Counted from the stretch's first letter, positions 24,521 to 36,740 are shown. The stretch: 64,000 nt of DNA from Octopus sinensis (GCF_006345805.1 NC_043011.1:27974464-28038463), one strand, 5' to 3'. A program made the numbers and translations. The notes: generated by a model not told the origin, from the letters alone.

Positions 24521-24912
24521 GGCGCAGAAATGACTACGTGGTAAGTTGCTTGCTTACCAACCACAGGGTTCCGGGTTTAGTCGCACTGCCTAGCATCCGG
24601 GCAAGTGTCTTCTATTATAGCCTAGGGCAGACCAATGCCTTGTGGGTGGATTTGGTTGACGGAAACTGAAAGCAGCCCGTCGTATATATATGTATATAAG
24701 TGTGTGTGGGGGGGGACTGTGTTTGTCCCCCATCATCGCTTGAAAACCGATGCTGGTATGTTTACGTCCACGTAACATTAGCGGTTCGGTAGTAAAGACC
24801 GATAGAATAAATACTAAGCTAACAAGGAATAAGTCCTGGGGTCGATTTGCTCGACTAAAGGCGGTGCTCCATGTATGGACGCAGTCAAATGACTAAAACA
24901 AGTAAAAGAATA
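24521..24912 (+). mobile_element. SINE family A
   Basis: ggcgcagaaatgactacgtggtaagttgcttgcttaccaaccac...gcagtcaaatgactaaaacaagtaaaag. Confidence 0.85.
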
Positions 24913-25009
24913 CAAGACTATATATAGGCATATATATATATACATGAATACACATACAGTCACACACATAGATGCATACATATATATAACTATACATACA
25001 TATACGTAA

Positions 25010-25380
25010 CTGTGTGGTAAGTAGCTTGCTTACCAACCACATGGTTCCGAGTTCTGTCCCACTGCGTGGCACCTTAGGTATGTGTCTTCTGCTATAGCCT
25101 CGGGCCGACCAAAGCCTTGTGAGTGGATTTGGCAGACGGAAACTGAAAGAAGCCCGTCGTATATATGTATATATATATATATGTATTGTCCCCCCAACAT
25201 CGCTTGACAACCGATGCTGGTGTGTTTACATCCGCGTAACGTAGCGGTTCAGTAAAAGAGACCGATAGAATAAGTACTAGGCTTACAAAGAATAAGTCCT
25301 GGGGTCGAATCGTTCAACTAAAGGTGGTGCTCCAGCATGGCCGCAGTCAAATGACTGAAACAGGTAAAATAATACAAGAA
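25010..25380 (+). mobile_element. SINE family A
   Basis: tgtgtggtaagtagcttgcttaccaaccacatggttccgag...ggccgcagtcaaatgactgaaac. Confidence 0.85.
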
Positions 25381-26111
25381 TATATATATAGGCATATATA
25401 TACTTGAATACACATACATTCACACACATAGATGCATACAGGTATATAAATTTACATATATATATGCGTGTGTGTGTGTGTGTATCACGCGTTCACCGTC
25501 AAGGCAGCTGGAGGGAGAGAGAGAGAGAGAGGAGACAGACAGTCAGACAGACAGAAGGGATTCAGAGAATAGAGGAATGTATAGGTGTGAGACATGTATG
25601 TATAAAGTATTCATTCCGTAAGAAAATTTCAATGAAAAATTAACAAAGGTCTACAAGAATGTGGACAACAATCGATGCAGTCTAAAAGCTACAGCAAAAT
25701 TACACAGTAACAATATTAAATTTATGCTTTTCTACGTTATCGACAGCTTGTTACCAGCAAACTGTAAATTGAATATTACTAATACATTTCATAACAGCCA
25801 TTGCGAACTGGTTTGCAGTGAAAAAGAAACCTTAAACAAATACTTACTGAAATAATAAACATCAGAATTATTGAGAAAGCTATGGATAAAAAAAAAGTGG
25901 AATGGGGTTGTTTATTCCCTTATGGTTGCTTAACGTGCTAAAGCAGTTATCAAGTCCTATTTCAATTCATATTTTAGTGGAAGGATAACACGCTAGATAA
26001 TGTGCTATTCAATAATTCTATAAGGGAATTCCATTGTGTAAATGTGTATCTCTTCGATTGGACACTGGGGTCAGCGCGAGACCTTGTGTGTTATTACATA
26101 CATACATACAT

Positions 26112-26529
26112 ACTCTTTACTCTCTTTTACTCTTTTACTTGTTTCAGTCATTTGACTGCGGCCATGCTGGAGCACCGCCTTTATAATCGACGCCAAAGCT
26201 GATTCTTTGTAAGCCTAGTACTTATACTATCGGTTTCTTTTTGCCGAATATCTAAGTTACGGGGACGTAAACACACAAGCATCGGTTGTCAAGCGATGCT
26301 GGGGACCGGACAAACAGACACACAAACATATACACACATACACACATATATATATATACATATACGACAGGCTTCTTCTAGTTTCCGTCTACCAAATCCA
26401 CTTACAAGGCTTTGGTCGGCCCAAGGCTATAGTAGAAGACACTTGCCCAAGGTGCCACGCAGCGGGTCTGAACCCGGGACCATGTGGTTGGTATGCAAGC
26501 TACTTACCAGATAGCCATTCCAGCGCCTA
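26112..26529 (-). mobile_element. SINE family A, full length
   Basis: Reverse complement of the family A sequence including the (agagtaaa)n tail. Confidence 0.85.
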
Positions 26530-26649
26530 GATACATACAAATATACATACATACAAACATACATACATGCATACATACATACATACATACATACATACAT
26601 ACATACATACATACATACATACATACATACATACATACATACTTGTATT

Positions 26650-26860
26650 CTTTTTTTTATTTCAGTCACTTGACTTGAGCCATGCTGAAACAGCGCCTTG
26701 AAAGGTTGTAGTCGTGTAAATCGACCCCATGACTTATTTTTTTAAGCCTAGTACTTATTCTACGTCTGTTTTGCCGAACCGCTGGATTACGGGTACGTAA
26801 ACACACCAACAGCGGCTTTCAAGCGGTGATGGTTAACAAACACAAACACAGACACAGATA
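26650..26860 (-). mobile_element. SINE family A, 3' half
   Basis: tttcagtcacttgacttgagccatgctgaaacagcgcc...gccgaaccgctggattacggg. Confidence 0.75.
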
Positions 26861-26877
26861 TATAGATACATACAAAG

Positions 26878-26962
<85 letters not shown>

Positions 26963-27043
26963 TTAACATGAGGGTGAGAAATTGGATATTAATTTAATTA
27001 ACATCAATTTAACACCTGTGGTGTAGCATATTAAAATCTGAAC

Positions 27044-27081
27044 GTTCAGTAAATTGTATTATATAATACAATTTACTGAAC
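27044..27081. repeat. Perfect 38-bp palindrome
   Basis: GTTCAGTAAATTGTATTAT|ATAATACAATTTACTGAAC. Confidence 0.95.
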
Positions 27082-27085
27082 CTTC

Positions 27086-27116
<31 letters not shown>

Positions 27117-27584
27117 AAAAGAGGAGAAAAAGTGAGAAAGATAAATGGTCCAAGATGAGGGTGGTATGCTGTTAGGTAACTTTGTATGGAAGAAATACAG
27201 TGTAGCTGCAGTGCATATGTTGGCTAACTATGTTGGTTCGTGAAGTACCATCCCATTTGTCAGGGCAATGTTTTCGGATAGTTACTTCACTCATGTATTC
27301 AGCAAACATCCTTTATAATAGATGAGTGTTCTTAGTTCACAGACTGGCCTTAGAGTTAATCTCATGCGCAGTGGCATTTCATATTTTATGTGAAAACGTA
27401 CGCAACATACTCTTTGGCACTTCCTATACTCTTACAAAGTGCAACATTATATATTTGCGTCCAAATAGATGCTACTATTAGATGGACTCGTCAACTCATA
27501 TATATATATAATATATATATATATAATAATATATATATATATATATACTATATATATATTATATATATAATATATAATATACTA

Positions 27585-27940
27585 ACTAGATATGTTTCGG
27601 CCAAGGATTGGTTCAGGCCATGTCTAATTAATAGTACCACCTGATGGGATTATCTAAATCCTTTTTAAGACAAGTTTTGTTTATGGTCCATTCAAGTAGT
27701 GAATTCTTGTTGAATGAGTTGTATCCAGGTATGGGTGGTTTATCTGGTATTCCTTGAAGAAATATGTCCAGGCGATTTTAAAGGTGATGGGATCCGTTTC
27801 CTCTTTAATCAGTTTTGGGACAATGTTAAACAGGGCAGGGCCTGTTGAGGAAAAGAAATTATGCCGTAGTGTACCTATATTCTGTGATCTTGAATTGGGC
27901 AGGGGACGTATGGCCCGTAGTCCCAGCCTTCAAGCGCAAG
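27585..27940 (-). mobile_element. 3' end of a CR1/L2/Jockey-group LINE (ORF2 C-terminus plus 3'UTR hairpin)
   Basis: Minus strand HNFFSSTGPALFNIVPKLIKEETDPITFK, then frameshifted GIPDKPPIPGY and NKNSLLEW; 3' GGCC..GGCC-GAAAC stem-loop. Confidence 0.6.
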
Positions 27941-27945
27941 ATTAC

Positions 27946-27982
<37 letters not shown>

Positions 27983-28050
27983 ACCGCGTGTGTACCGTTG
28001 GCGATTTTTTTTCCTCTGTCTTACCTTCTCTGGATCTTTCCTTTTCCTAT

Positions 28051-28085
28051 GTTTCTGACGAAGAGCTCCGCTCGAAACGTAAAAC
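28051..28085 (+). ncRNA. Minimal (PLE-type) type I hammerhead, predicted cleavage after 28081 (GUA)
   Basis: GUUU-CUGACGA-A-GAGC-UCC-GCUC-GAAA-CG-UA-AAAC; stem III is reduced to the palindrome ACGU. Confidence 0.75.
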
Positions 28086-28197
28086 CCTCCTTCTTCCCTT
28101 CCTTCCTGAGCGTCCAATAATACTATATTACTATATTTGTTCCACGTCCTCGCGTGGTTGTTTTCTCTTTGTGCTTTCTTTCATGTTTGGATTAACT

Positions 28198-28265
<68 letters not shown>

Positions 28266-28306
28266 TAATATATATATATATATATATAGTAATATATAAT
28301 ATATAA

Positions 28307-28338
<32 letters not shown>

Positions 28339-29140
28339 GTATGTATGCATGTATGTATGTATGTATGTATGTATGCATTATATAGTGTATGTATGTATGT
28401 ATGGTATGTATGTATGTATATGCATATGTATATGTATACAACTATATCAAATCAGTTTGTTAGGGCCCACTCAGTCACGTCGGGAACATCAGAGAATTCT
28501 TCCTCCATAAGCTTAAGTTTCCAGTTTAAGTTTTATATCTTGGACCTCGGTAAAGTTGTCTCACATAGACTATTTGATAAAAGCTTATTTGCCTCTACAA
28601 CAGAATGCGTTTTGTGTCTCGTCATACATTTTGATGATGTTACATTATATAAAACCATTTGTGAGTGCATGTGTACGCGCGCGTATATATGTGGGTTGTG
28701 TGTATGTGTGTGAGCGTATGGTTATGTTGTCAGTTAGCTGTATGCATGTATGTATGTATGTATGTATGTATGTATGTTTGTATGTATGTATGTATGTATG
28801 TATGTATAGTAATCATTGGGTATGTAGGAATATATTCGACGGATTCTAAGTACAATAATGCTATTTGAGGCAAATTAGTTCTTTAGTATCTTTTTTATTT
28901 CTAGCAAGCTCTTCGATTTCTTTCAGATTGTTAAGAAACTGTGTATGCGTTAGTTAACAATTATTCAGTCAGTGGATAGAATATCAGTCTGAGTTCAAAA
29001 TGAACAAAATTCAATATAATATTCCATGTACGGAATATTGTATTCCTCAATCATACTTGGTATTATAAACATATACATACATGCATGCATATATTATATA
29101 TACCATGCGCATACATACCCACCTATATATATATATAATA

Positions 29141-29191
<51 letters not shown>

Positions 29192-30240
29192 TAGATATGC
29201 ATGTTATGTATGTGTATATGTATATATGATAAACATAGCACGTTAGATTTCAATACTGAGTTCAAATTCTAATTGGATAATAATAGATTGGAAAGAGATA
29301 GGCTCAGATTAGCTATCTTTCCACAAATACAACACAGGAGATGAAATAAACACTGATATATCATACAGAGAAAACAATATCACGTTACCAACATGTTGAA
29401 GCTTTAAATGCGTCTCTCTTTCTTTCTCTTTGTCTCTCTTTCTCTCATTCTTTCTTTCTTTCTTTCTTTCTTTCTCTTTGTGCCTCTGTCTTTCTTTATT
29501 TCCCTCACTGTGAGTTCGTGTGAGCATGCATATGTGTAAATGCTGAGAGCAAATAAAATTGCGTATAAAGATATCAACTGACTTTAAATTGAGAATGGGT
29601 GCCATTATGTCTGAAATTTACTAAATCATTTGATTTTTACTGAGAGAAAGCTACCCGTTATTGATTTCAGCAACTGATTATTTTTATATCCACTAGAAGT
29701 TACAGGAAAAAAAAAAGACACAAAGAAATCTCAATAGGCACTCTATTCTTATTCCCGGTAAACACTCTGATGAACACAATCTTGCTGTTCGCATTTAAAT
29801 ACACTGCAAAAGCATCCAGTTTTCATGTTATTCTACATGAAAAGAAATAGGAAATAATACAGAATTATACAAAAACAGAAATGTATTGTGAAACTGAAGG
29901 CTTCTATATAAATTTTATCCAACTTTCCCTTGAGTAATTTGTAGACAGTTACCTCCCTCGAAACTAGTTGTCTCGTCCATTGGCCACTTGATGGCGCACG
30001 TCGTGGTGTTGTATTTTGGAAGAATTAAGTCTAGAGCTTTTGGACGTCGCAACCAATGTGATTAGACGTATTTTCTTCCTGCTGCGATTCCAAGTAACGG
30101 TCACACATAACCACCTCTTGTATATGAATACGAACGCACAGAAATTGCTTTTATCGCTTTCTATACAAATACTGTAATTTGCATGCAGTATAAAGATTAA
30201 AGCAACTTACGTCCGTTCGATATTTAAGAGATGAGGAATT

Positions 30241-30610
30241 ATGTACATTATTTACATTATTTACATTCGACGGATATTTATCCTCCTCTTTGTTGTTGTT
30301 AACACAACGTTTCGGCTGATATACCCTCCAGCCTTTTTCGGGTGTCTTGGGCAAATTTCGAACCTGGTATTTTTCGATATTAAGAGCGCGGGCTACTAAC
30401 CCCAAGATTCCGATTCCGACTCCAAGCAGTGACCTGAACAATAACAATAACAATAATAATAAAATCGAATAAAAACCCTTAGGAATGAGAACCCAGGTTC
30501 GAAAACACCTGAAAAAGGCTGGAGGCTATATCAGCCGAAATATTGTGTTAACAACAAAGAAGATGAGGACAAATATCCGTCGAATGTAAATAATGTAAAT
30601 AATTTAAATA
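30241..30610. mobile_element. Divergent inverted pair of pLTR-like repeats, each with a decayed minimal hammerhead (30301-30346 minus; 30504-30549 plus)
   Basis: 30241-30368 is approximately the reverse complement of 30493-30610; motif (G/A)ACAC-C(U/C)GAAAA-A-GGCUG-10nt-CAGCC-GAAA-(CG/UA)-UU-GUGUU; G8 is A in both. Confidence 0.65.
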
Positions 30611-31442
30611 ATGAATTTACGGCCGTATTTGCAAATTCTTATCATCTTTTTATTCATGTATTTCGAGAATGGCTGCCTTTTACGTTTCAGCTTCCTTTGT
30701 TAGGGGCAAAAGTTCCTAAACTCTATTAGTTTGTGTGGTTGAAGTGACTGACGTAGGGTTAATCTCTGCGAAAAGTGATTGGTGATTAGAGATGTTTTTT
30801 TTTTCTCTGTTGAGTTATTTCACTTAACCGGACATTAACAATGGTCTTTCAAGGTCTTTACATAGTTCTTTACAACTTTATTTCATTTTCGCCATTATTG
30901 CTAAGGCTATTGTAAAAAAAGTCCATAAATATCACAGCTTTTATATTTCCTATCGAATTAAAATCTTTTTATGTGGTGTCTACAAATCTATTTGAGATAT
31001 ATGTTGTTGTTACTGCCGTTGTTATTCGAGTGCATTAGGCTGCTATATCGGCCTCGATCGAGTATATTTAGGGTCAAAGGCTTCCCAGTGTGTCCGTCGG
31101 TGTGTGTGTATTTGTGTGTGTATGTGTGTTTGTGTGCGTATGTGTGAGATATCTCACCTGTCCACGAACCTAAGGTGTTTTAACACCCAGCGCTTGAAGA
31201 AAGTATACTCCACCACGTCAATATCAGCCTACCGTAAAACAACATACATTCATATACATATATGTATGTATGTATATCTATATGTATCTATATATACATA
31301 TAAAAATACAGTGTACATTGAGACACATAAGAGATGGCCATAACAGGACATCTGACCCGCTAGAAGGAGTAGTTAAACTCCAAACCACTATTAGAGGTAA
31401 TTTCGAAAAGGAATGAAAATTAAAAATATTTACCCTCTATTT

Positions 31443-31512
31443 CCTGTGCCATGGTTTCAAGCAATCTTTAGCAAATAAAATAATTTACCTTAGCGAAGCT
31501 CTCATCAGCAGG
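31443..31512 (-). ncRNA. Type I hammerhead, probably inactive copy (U16.1 to C)
   Basis: CCUG-CUGAUGA-GAGC..GCUU-GAAA-CCAUGG-CA-CAGG. Confidence 0.65.
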
Positions 31513-31693
31513 TAAGCAAATATTAACATATAAAGACGAGGCGATAAAGAACATGCCTCGTGTTTACATGATTTTCTTCCAAGAGAATCGGCATTTTTGT
31601 ATTTGCTGCCAATAAAAATTTTGAAAGATTATAACATGTAAACAAGAGGCATGTTATGTATCGCCTCCTCTTTATATGTTAATCTTGTCTTTG

Positions 31694-31761
31694 CTGCTGA
31701 CGAGAGCTTCGCCAAAGTAAATTATTTTATTTGCTAAAGATTGCTTGAAACCATGGTACAG
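31694..31761 (+). ncRNA. Type I hammerhead, predicted cleavage after 31758 (GUA)
   Basis: CUG-CUGACGA-GAGC..GCUU-GAAA-CCAUGG-UA-CAG; palindromic stem III ACCAUGGU; G.U at 10.1-11.1. Confidence 0.78.
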
Positions 31762-31965
31762 GAAATAGAGGGTAAATGTTTTTACCCTTTCGAAATTACC
31801 CCTAATAGTAGTTTGGAGTTTAACTACTCCTTCTAGCGGGTGAGATGTCCTGTTATGACCATCTCTTATGTGTTTCAATGTAAACCGTATTTTTATATGA
31901 ATAATATATAGTCTATTGACAAGTTTTCTTTGCTACCCTGGAATTTATTAATAATGATATCTATC

Positions 31966-32101
<136 letters not shown>

Positions 32102-32587
32102 CATATATACGGATATGTGAGTGTGCGTATTCATAACTATTATGATGACATCAAGGAACTCGCTTCTCCTTTTGTCAAAACAAATCCTTTGCCATTTCAA
32201 TATCTTATTCAATGAAATTCATCGTCAAAATGTATATGTTTCAGTGAGACTTTTTTGACCTAATGCGTCTTTGGTTAAGTTTGTCAATCTATGAATGTAT
32301 TGTTGTAGATTAATTTCAAGAACAATTCTGAACCTTGTCAACCGTGAAAAAACCGCACGTTTTAAGCTGGAATATTTAAGTCTTTTACTCTCTTATCTAA
32401 TCGATTTCGATTATCTGCAACTAGCTTTAGAAGGAATAATTATATACATGTATCTACGTGTGTGTTAAATTACATAAAACATATATTTTCAAATGTATAT
32501 CAAGTGGATTACGTTAAATAGCTGGTAGATAAACACTCCTTCAAAGTTGAAATGTATTTCAAAATATAATAGCCTCGATGTGTGCAT

Positions 32588-33013
32588 CACAGGAATGGCT
32601 GTGTGGTAAGTAGCTTGCTTACCAACCGCATGGTCATGGGTTCAGTCCCACTGCGTGGCACCTTGGGCAAGTGTCTTCTACTATAGCCACGGGCCAACCA
32701 AAGCATTGTGAGTGGATTTGGTTGACGGAAACTGGAAGAAGCTCGTCATATACGTATGTATATATGTGTGTGTATGTGTGTGTGTGTACATCTATGTGTG
32801 TCTGTGTTTGTTCCCCCTCCAACATCGCTTGACAACCGAACCGATGCTGGTGTGTTTATGTCTCCGTAACTTAGCGGTTCGGAAAAAAGACCGATAGAAT
32901 AAGTACTAGGCTTATAACGAATAAGTCCCGCGGTCGATTTGCTCGACTAAAGGCGGTGCTCCAGCATGGCCACAGCCAAATGACTGAAACAAGTACAAGA
33001 GTAAAAGAGTAAC
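32588..33013 (+). mobile_element. SINE family A, full length
   Basis: A-box TGGCTGTGTGG, B-box GGTTCAGTCCC, gtggcaccttgggcaagtg core, family 3' tail. Confidence 0.88.
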
Positions 33014-34055
33014 AGAGTATCACTCATGCTTTATTACTTGATTTGGAATCTATTACATTGATACACAAATATAGAATAGAAATAATGTTCTTTCTTGAAA
33101 AGTGTTTGAAGAAAGAACTGCTTAACTGCTTCGAATAGTGGGGAACGTGCCTGCTCCGATGCATTGTTCCAAATCGAGAATACTTTGAAAACGATAAAAG
33201 TGTAAACATATAAAACTAAGTGAATTACATAATATTGCAAAATTCCAGTTTCTTTGGGGTACCTCTTCGTATGCATGTGTGCATGCATGAAAGTATTATG
33301 GCTTCTTTAATTGCTTGATTGTATAATAGCTATTGCTATGGTTTTTGTCATTAGCTATTTTTTGTTTTCTTTTCAGGAAATTTTTATTGCACTCAGTTTT
33401 ATAAACAGTTGTTAAAATTAATACTATATATATAGACATTGATTTCTAAATTAGTTCATTATGCATATTTTTTTTATATTATACTTAACATTTTTCTGAA
33501 GGTTCTTGAAGTTGGGAAAACATCTATTCTTAACAATAATTGAACATTTCTGTTAAAGGAAACGTTTACATCATTAAATTAAAATACTGGGTAAGGAAGA
33601 ATACTTTTGGCATTCTCTATATTTTGTTGTATTTTCTTTGGCTCTTAATGGATGTTCTGAAAATAGAATTTCATATCAAAATAATTGCTTCTTGTACAAA
33701 TCTTTAGATGTTTGTGACGAGAGTGCCGTTTGTAAGTTGATACCGATGAACCAACTAGGGGTTTCATAAAATTTATGATAGGACGAGTTACAAAGGAGCT
33801 TCTGGAAAGTAAATCGATATAAAGGCCTTCTTTTCAGCAAAACTCTATGCTCGAAGCCCTTTTATTAGCGTTTATTACAATATTCGTCGATAAACCATAG
33901 AAAGTTTATATGCATACTTAAACAAATGCATTCATATATGCTTCGGCCAAACCATCCAATAAAATACTGAAGCACACACACACAAACGCGCGCAAACACA
34001 TACATACATACATACATACATACATACATACATACATACATAATACATACATATA

Positions 34056-34087
<32 letters not shown>

Positions 34088-34127
34088 TGTGTGTGTCCGT
34101 GTGTGTCTGTGTGTGTGTGTTCTTTTT

Positions 34128-34515
34128 TTCATATATTTGTTTCAGTCATTTGACTGCGACCATACTGGAGCATCGCCTTTAGTCGAACAAATGAGCCCCA
34201 GGACTTATTTTTTTTGTAAGCCTAGTAGTTATCCTATCGTTGTCTTTTGCCGATCCGCTAAGTTACAGATACCTAAACAAATCAAAATCGGTTGTCAAAC
34301 AATAGTGGAGGGACAAACACAAACACACATATACATATATGTATACATATATATACGACGGGCTTCTTTCAATTTCCGTCACCAAATCCAGTCACAGGGC
34401 ATTGGTCGGCTCGAGGCTATAGAAGACACTTGCAGAAGATACCACGCAGTGGGACTGAACCCGGTGCCATGTGGTTGGTAAATAAGCTACTTACCACATA
34501 TCCACTCTTGCGGCT
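34128..34515 (-). mobile_element. SINE family A
   Basis: tttcagtcatttgactgcgaccatactggagcatcgcc...gtgggactgaacccggtgccatgtgg. Confidence 0.85.
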
Positions 34516-34538
34516 ATATATATATATACTTTTATATG

Positions 34539-34567
<29 letters not shown>

Positions 34568-34570
<3 letters not shown>

Positions 34571-35642
34571 CTAAGTAATTAAGGGTTTAGCAACGATTTG
34601 CCTCACCACACACGGAATTTAGAAATAGCAGTCAAAGAGTTATAGCTATTCTTTCTACTAAAAGGGAGATCTCAGTAAAACCACAGCACTTGAAAGGCAA
34701 ACACAGGCAAGAGAGAAAAAAATGACGACAATCGATCATACAATATTAAGTCACCTACGGACGTACGTTTCGAAATTAAGTTTTAGGAAAGCATAAGAAT
34801 TAGATAATTATGTCTTACCCAACTTTTTTTCTCATCAGCGTAGGACACTACAATTATGAATAATTGTATATTAAATTTCGAGGTACTAGAAGACATCATC
34901 TCAACTCATAGTATCAGAGCGAGCTAAAGCCGTTACCAGTATCACCAAATTCAAAGTGTGAATGAAAGTTTGTGTCACCAAACCCCTCCCACCAGCGTGC
35001 AGCCAAGACAAGATGTTGTGGTCATTTACTGGGATGAAATATGGTTATCAGTAATAATATAGGGTGAAATTAATTAATTTGGAATAATCATTAATTTCAC
35101 CAAGTAGATTTTCGGTATGTAAAAGCCCCATTCGAGGACTACAACCCCATCAAAAGAACCCAGACACCCACCAACACAAGACAAAACTTTACCAGACAAT
35201 GTAGACCCCAGCTCACACAAGAATTGCTCCAGAATCAGAGATCCTACCCACCACATAGGAATCTACCTCTGAACTATGATTATAGATCCCAACCCAAACC
35301 ATTCCAAACTTGGAGTTCCCTCCCAACATATAAGAATTCACCTCTAGACCATGAATGTGGTTTCCAACCCACTCTAAGGAACCAACATTACACCCAGTTC
35401 GAACAACCCAGACCCTGGAATAACCAAAACTCTTCCAGTAGGTCACTCCAACAAAAGAATAGCTATAACTCTTTGACTGCTATTTCTAAATTCGGTGTGT
35501 GGTGAGGCAAATCGTTGCTAAACCCTTAATTACTTAGTATTACTTAAACTTTCCTCGAAGGGGGCTTTTACATACCGAAAATCTACCTGGTGAAATTAAT
35601 GATTATTCCAAATTAATTAATTTCACCCTATATTATTACTGA

Positions 35643-35646
<4 letters not shown>
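34568..35646. mobile_element. Hammerhead-bearing element with permuted inverted repeats (A-Y-B-X-A'rc-B'rc), PLE/retrozyme-like
   Basis: A 34568-34653 = rc of 35455-35540; B 35044-35138 = rc of 35552-35646; (TA)n on both flanks; HHR lies in Y. Confidence 0.75.
34754..34844 (-). ncRNA. Canonical type I hammerhead, predicted cleavage between 34760 and 34759 (GUC)
   Basis: Minus strand CCUACG-CUGAUGA-GAAA..(60-nt stem II)..UUUC-GAAA-CGUACG-UC-CGUAGG; perfect 6-bp stem I, G10.1-C11.1, palindromic stem III ACGUACGU. Confidence 0.9.
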
Positions 35647-35715
<69 letters not shown>

Positions 35716-36050
35716 CTACATACACACGCACAAACACACACGTAGACACACACACACACACACATATGTGTATGCTTCAATTACCGATTGATCGATGGGT
35801 GAATGCATATATGAATGTATTTGAGAGAGTACGCAAATAGGAGGCATAAGCTGGATTTCGTAACAAACGATCTTGCTTTCAGCAAATCACACTCAGAATT
35901 ATTATTGAACTGGGTTCTGGGCATCAAAACCACTGAAGCAACATTTTAAATTCGGCATTTTGATATACTCATATAAGTATACATGGATAAGTGTATACAT
36001 ACATATATACATATACATATACATATATATATATATATATACTATATATA

Positions 36051-36083
<33 letters not shown>

Positions 36084-36584
36084 ATATATATATATGGGAG
36101 AATTCACAAAGAAAACCAAAGACGAAGACAGGTGGTGTAGACAACAAACAGATGTATTAATGTAACGCTCGAGATACATATATATAAAGATAGACAGCTA
36201 GAGATATATATATAAACGCATACATACATAATACATCAGTTCTTTGAATGACACAATACACACACACACACGCACACACACACAAACACACACACATACA
36301 TGTCCATGTGTAAGAGAATATTGGGATCTTTTCACTTTGACCGGCAGAATTTGCTGAAATGCAAGAAATTAAACAACAAATATGTTACACATTACAGAAT
36401 TTTCTCAAGAAAGCCAAGAGAAAAAAATGTTCTATAAACACATTCTACCAGTATACGAAGTTTAAAATGTTTTAGTTACATAGAAATTATTTAAAAAATC
36501 TGCCGGTCAAAGTGAAAAAGATCCATTGCCTTCAAATGTTGGCTCAAGGCCAGTAAGAAGGTGGGAAAAGGAAAATCAAATAAT

Positions 36585-36740
36585 ATCGACCCCGGTGCTC
36601 AACTGCTTATTAATATTATCGGCCCCGAAAGTATGAATGGGAAATCCACATCGGCGTAATTTGAACTCAGGGCCTAAAGACGTATGAAATGTCGTTAGCA
36701 TTCTGCCCGGCGTTGCTAACAATTCTGCCAGCTCACCGTC
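36585..36740 (-). mobile_element. SINE family B, degraded
   Basis: atcgaccccggtgctcaactg...cggcgtaatttgaactcag...ttctgccagctcaccg. Confidence 0.7.

Larger units (their letters stand above)
31298..31898. mobile_element. Inverted repeat (~270-bp arms, 63-bp spacer) of a hammerhead-bearing unit related to array 1
   Basis: 31298-31571 is approximately the reverse complement of 31635-31898; HHR in each arm; shares flanking motifs with array 1. Confidence 0.82.

Noticed and set aside
27591-27625. GGCC..GGCC-GAAAC on the minus strand as a hammerhead stem II
   Set aside because: No CUGANGA upstream; it fits a LINE 3'UTR stem-loop
29767-29800. CTGATGA followed by a GAACA/TGTTC hairpin
   Set aside because: No GAAA, NUH or stem I partner
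29943-29973. AGAC...GAAA-CTAG-TT-GTCT resembling the 3' half of a hammerhead
   Set aside because: The CUGANGA core is absent
33708-33731. Possible 24-bp micro-exon (tttag|...|gtaagt)
   Set aside because: Splice-like signals alone are common by chance; no supporting exons or homology
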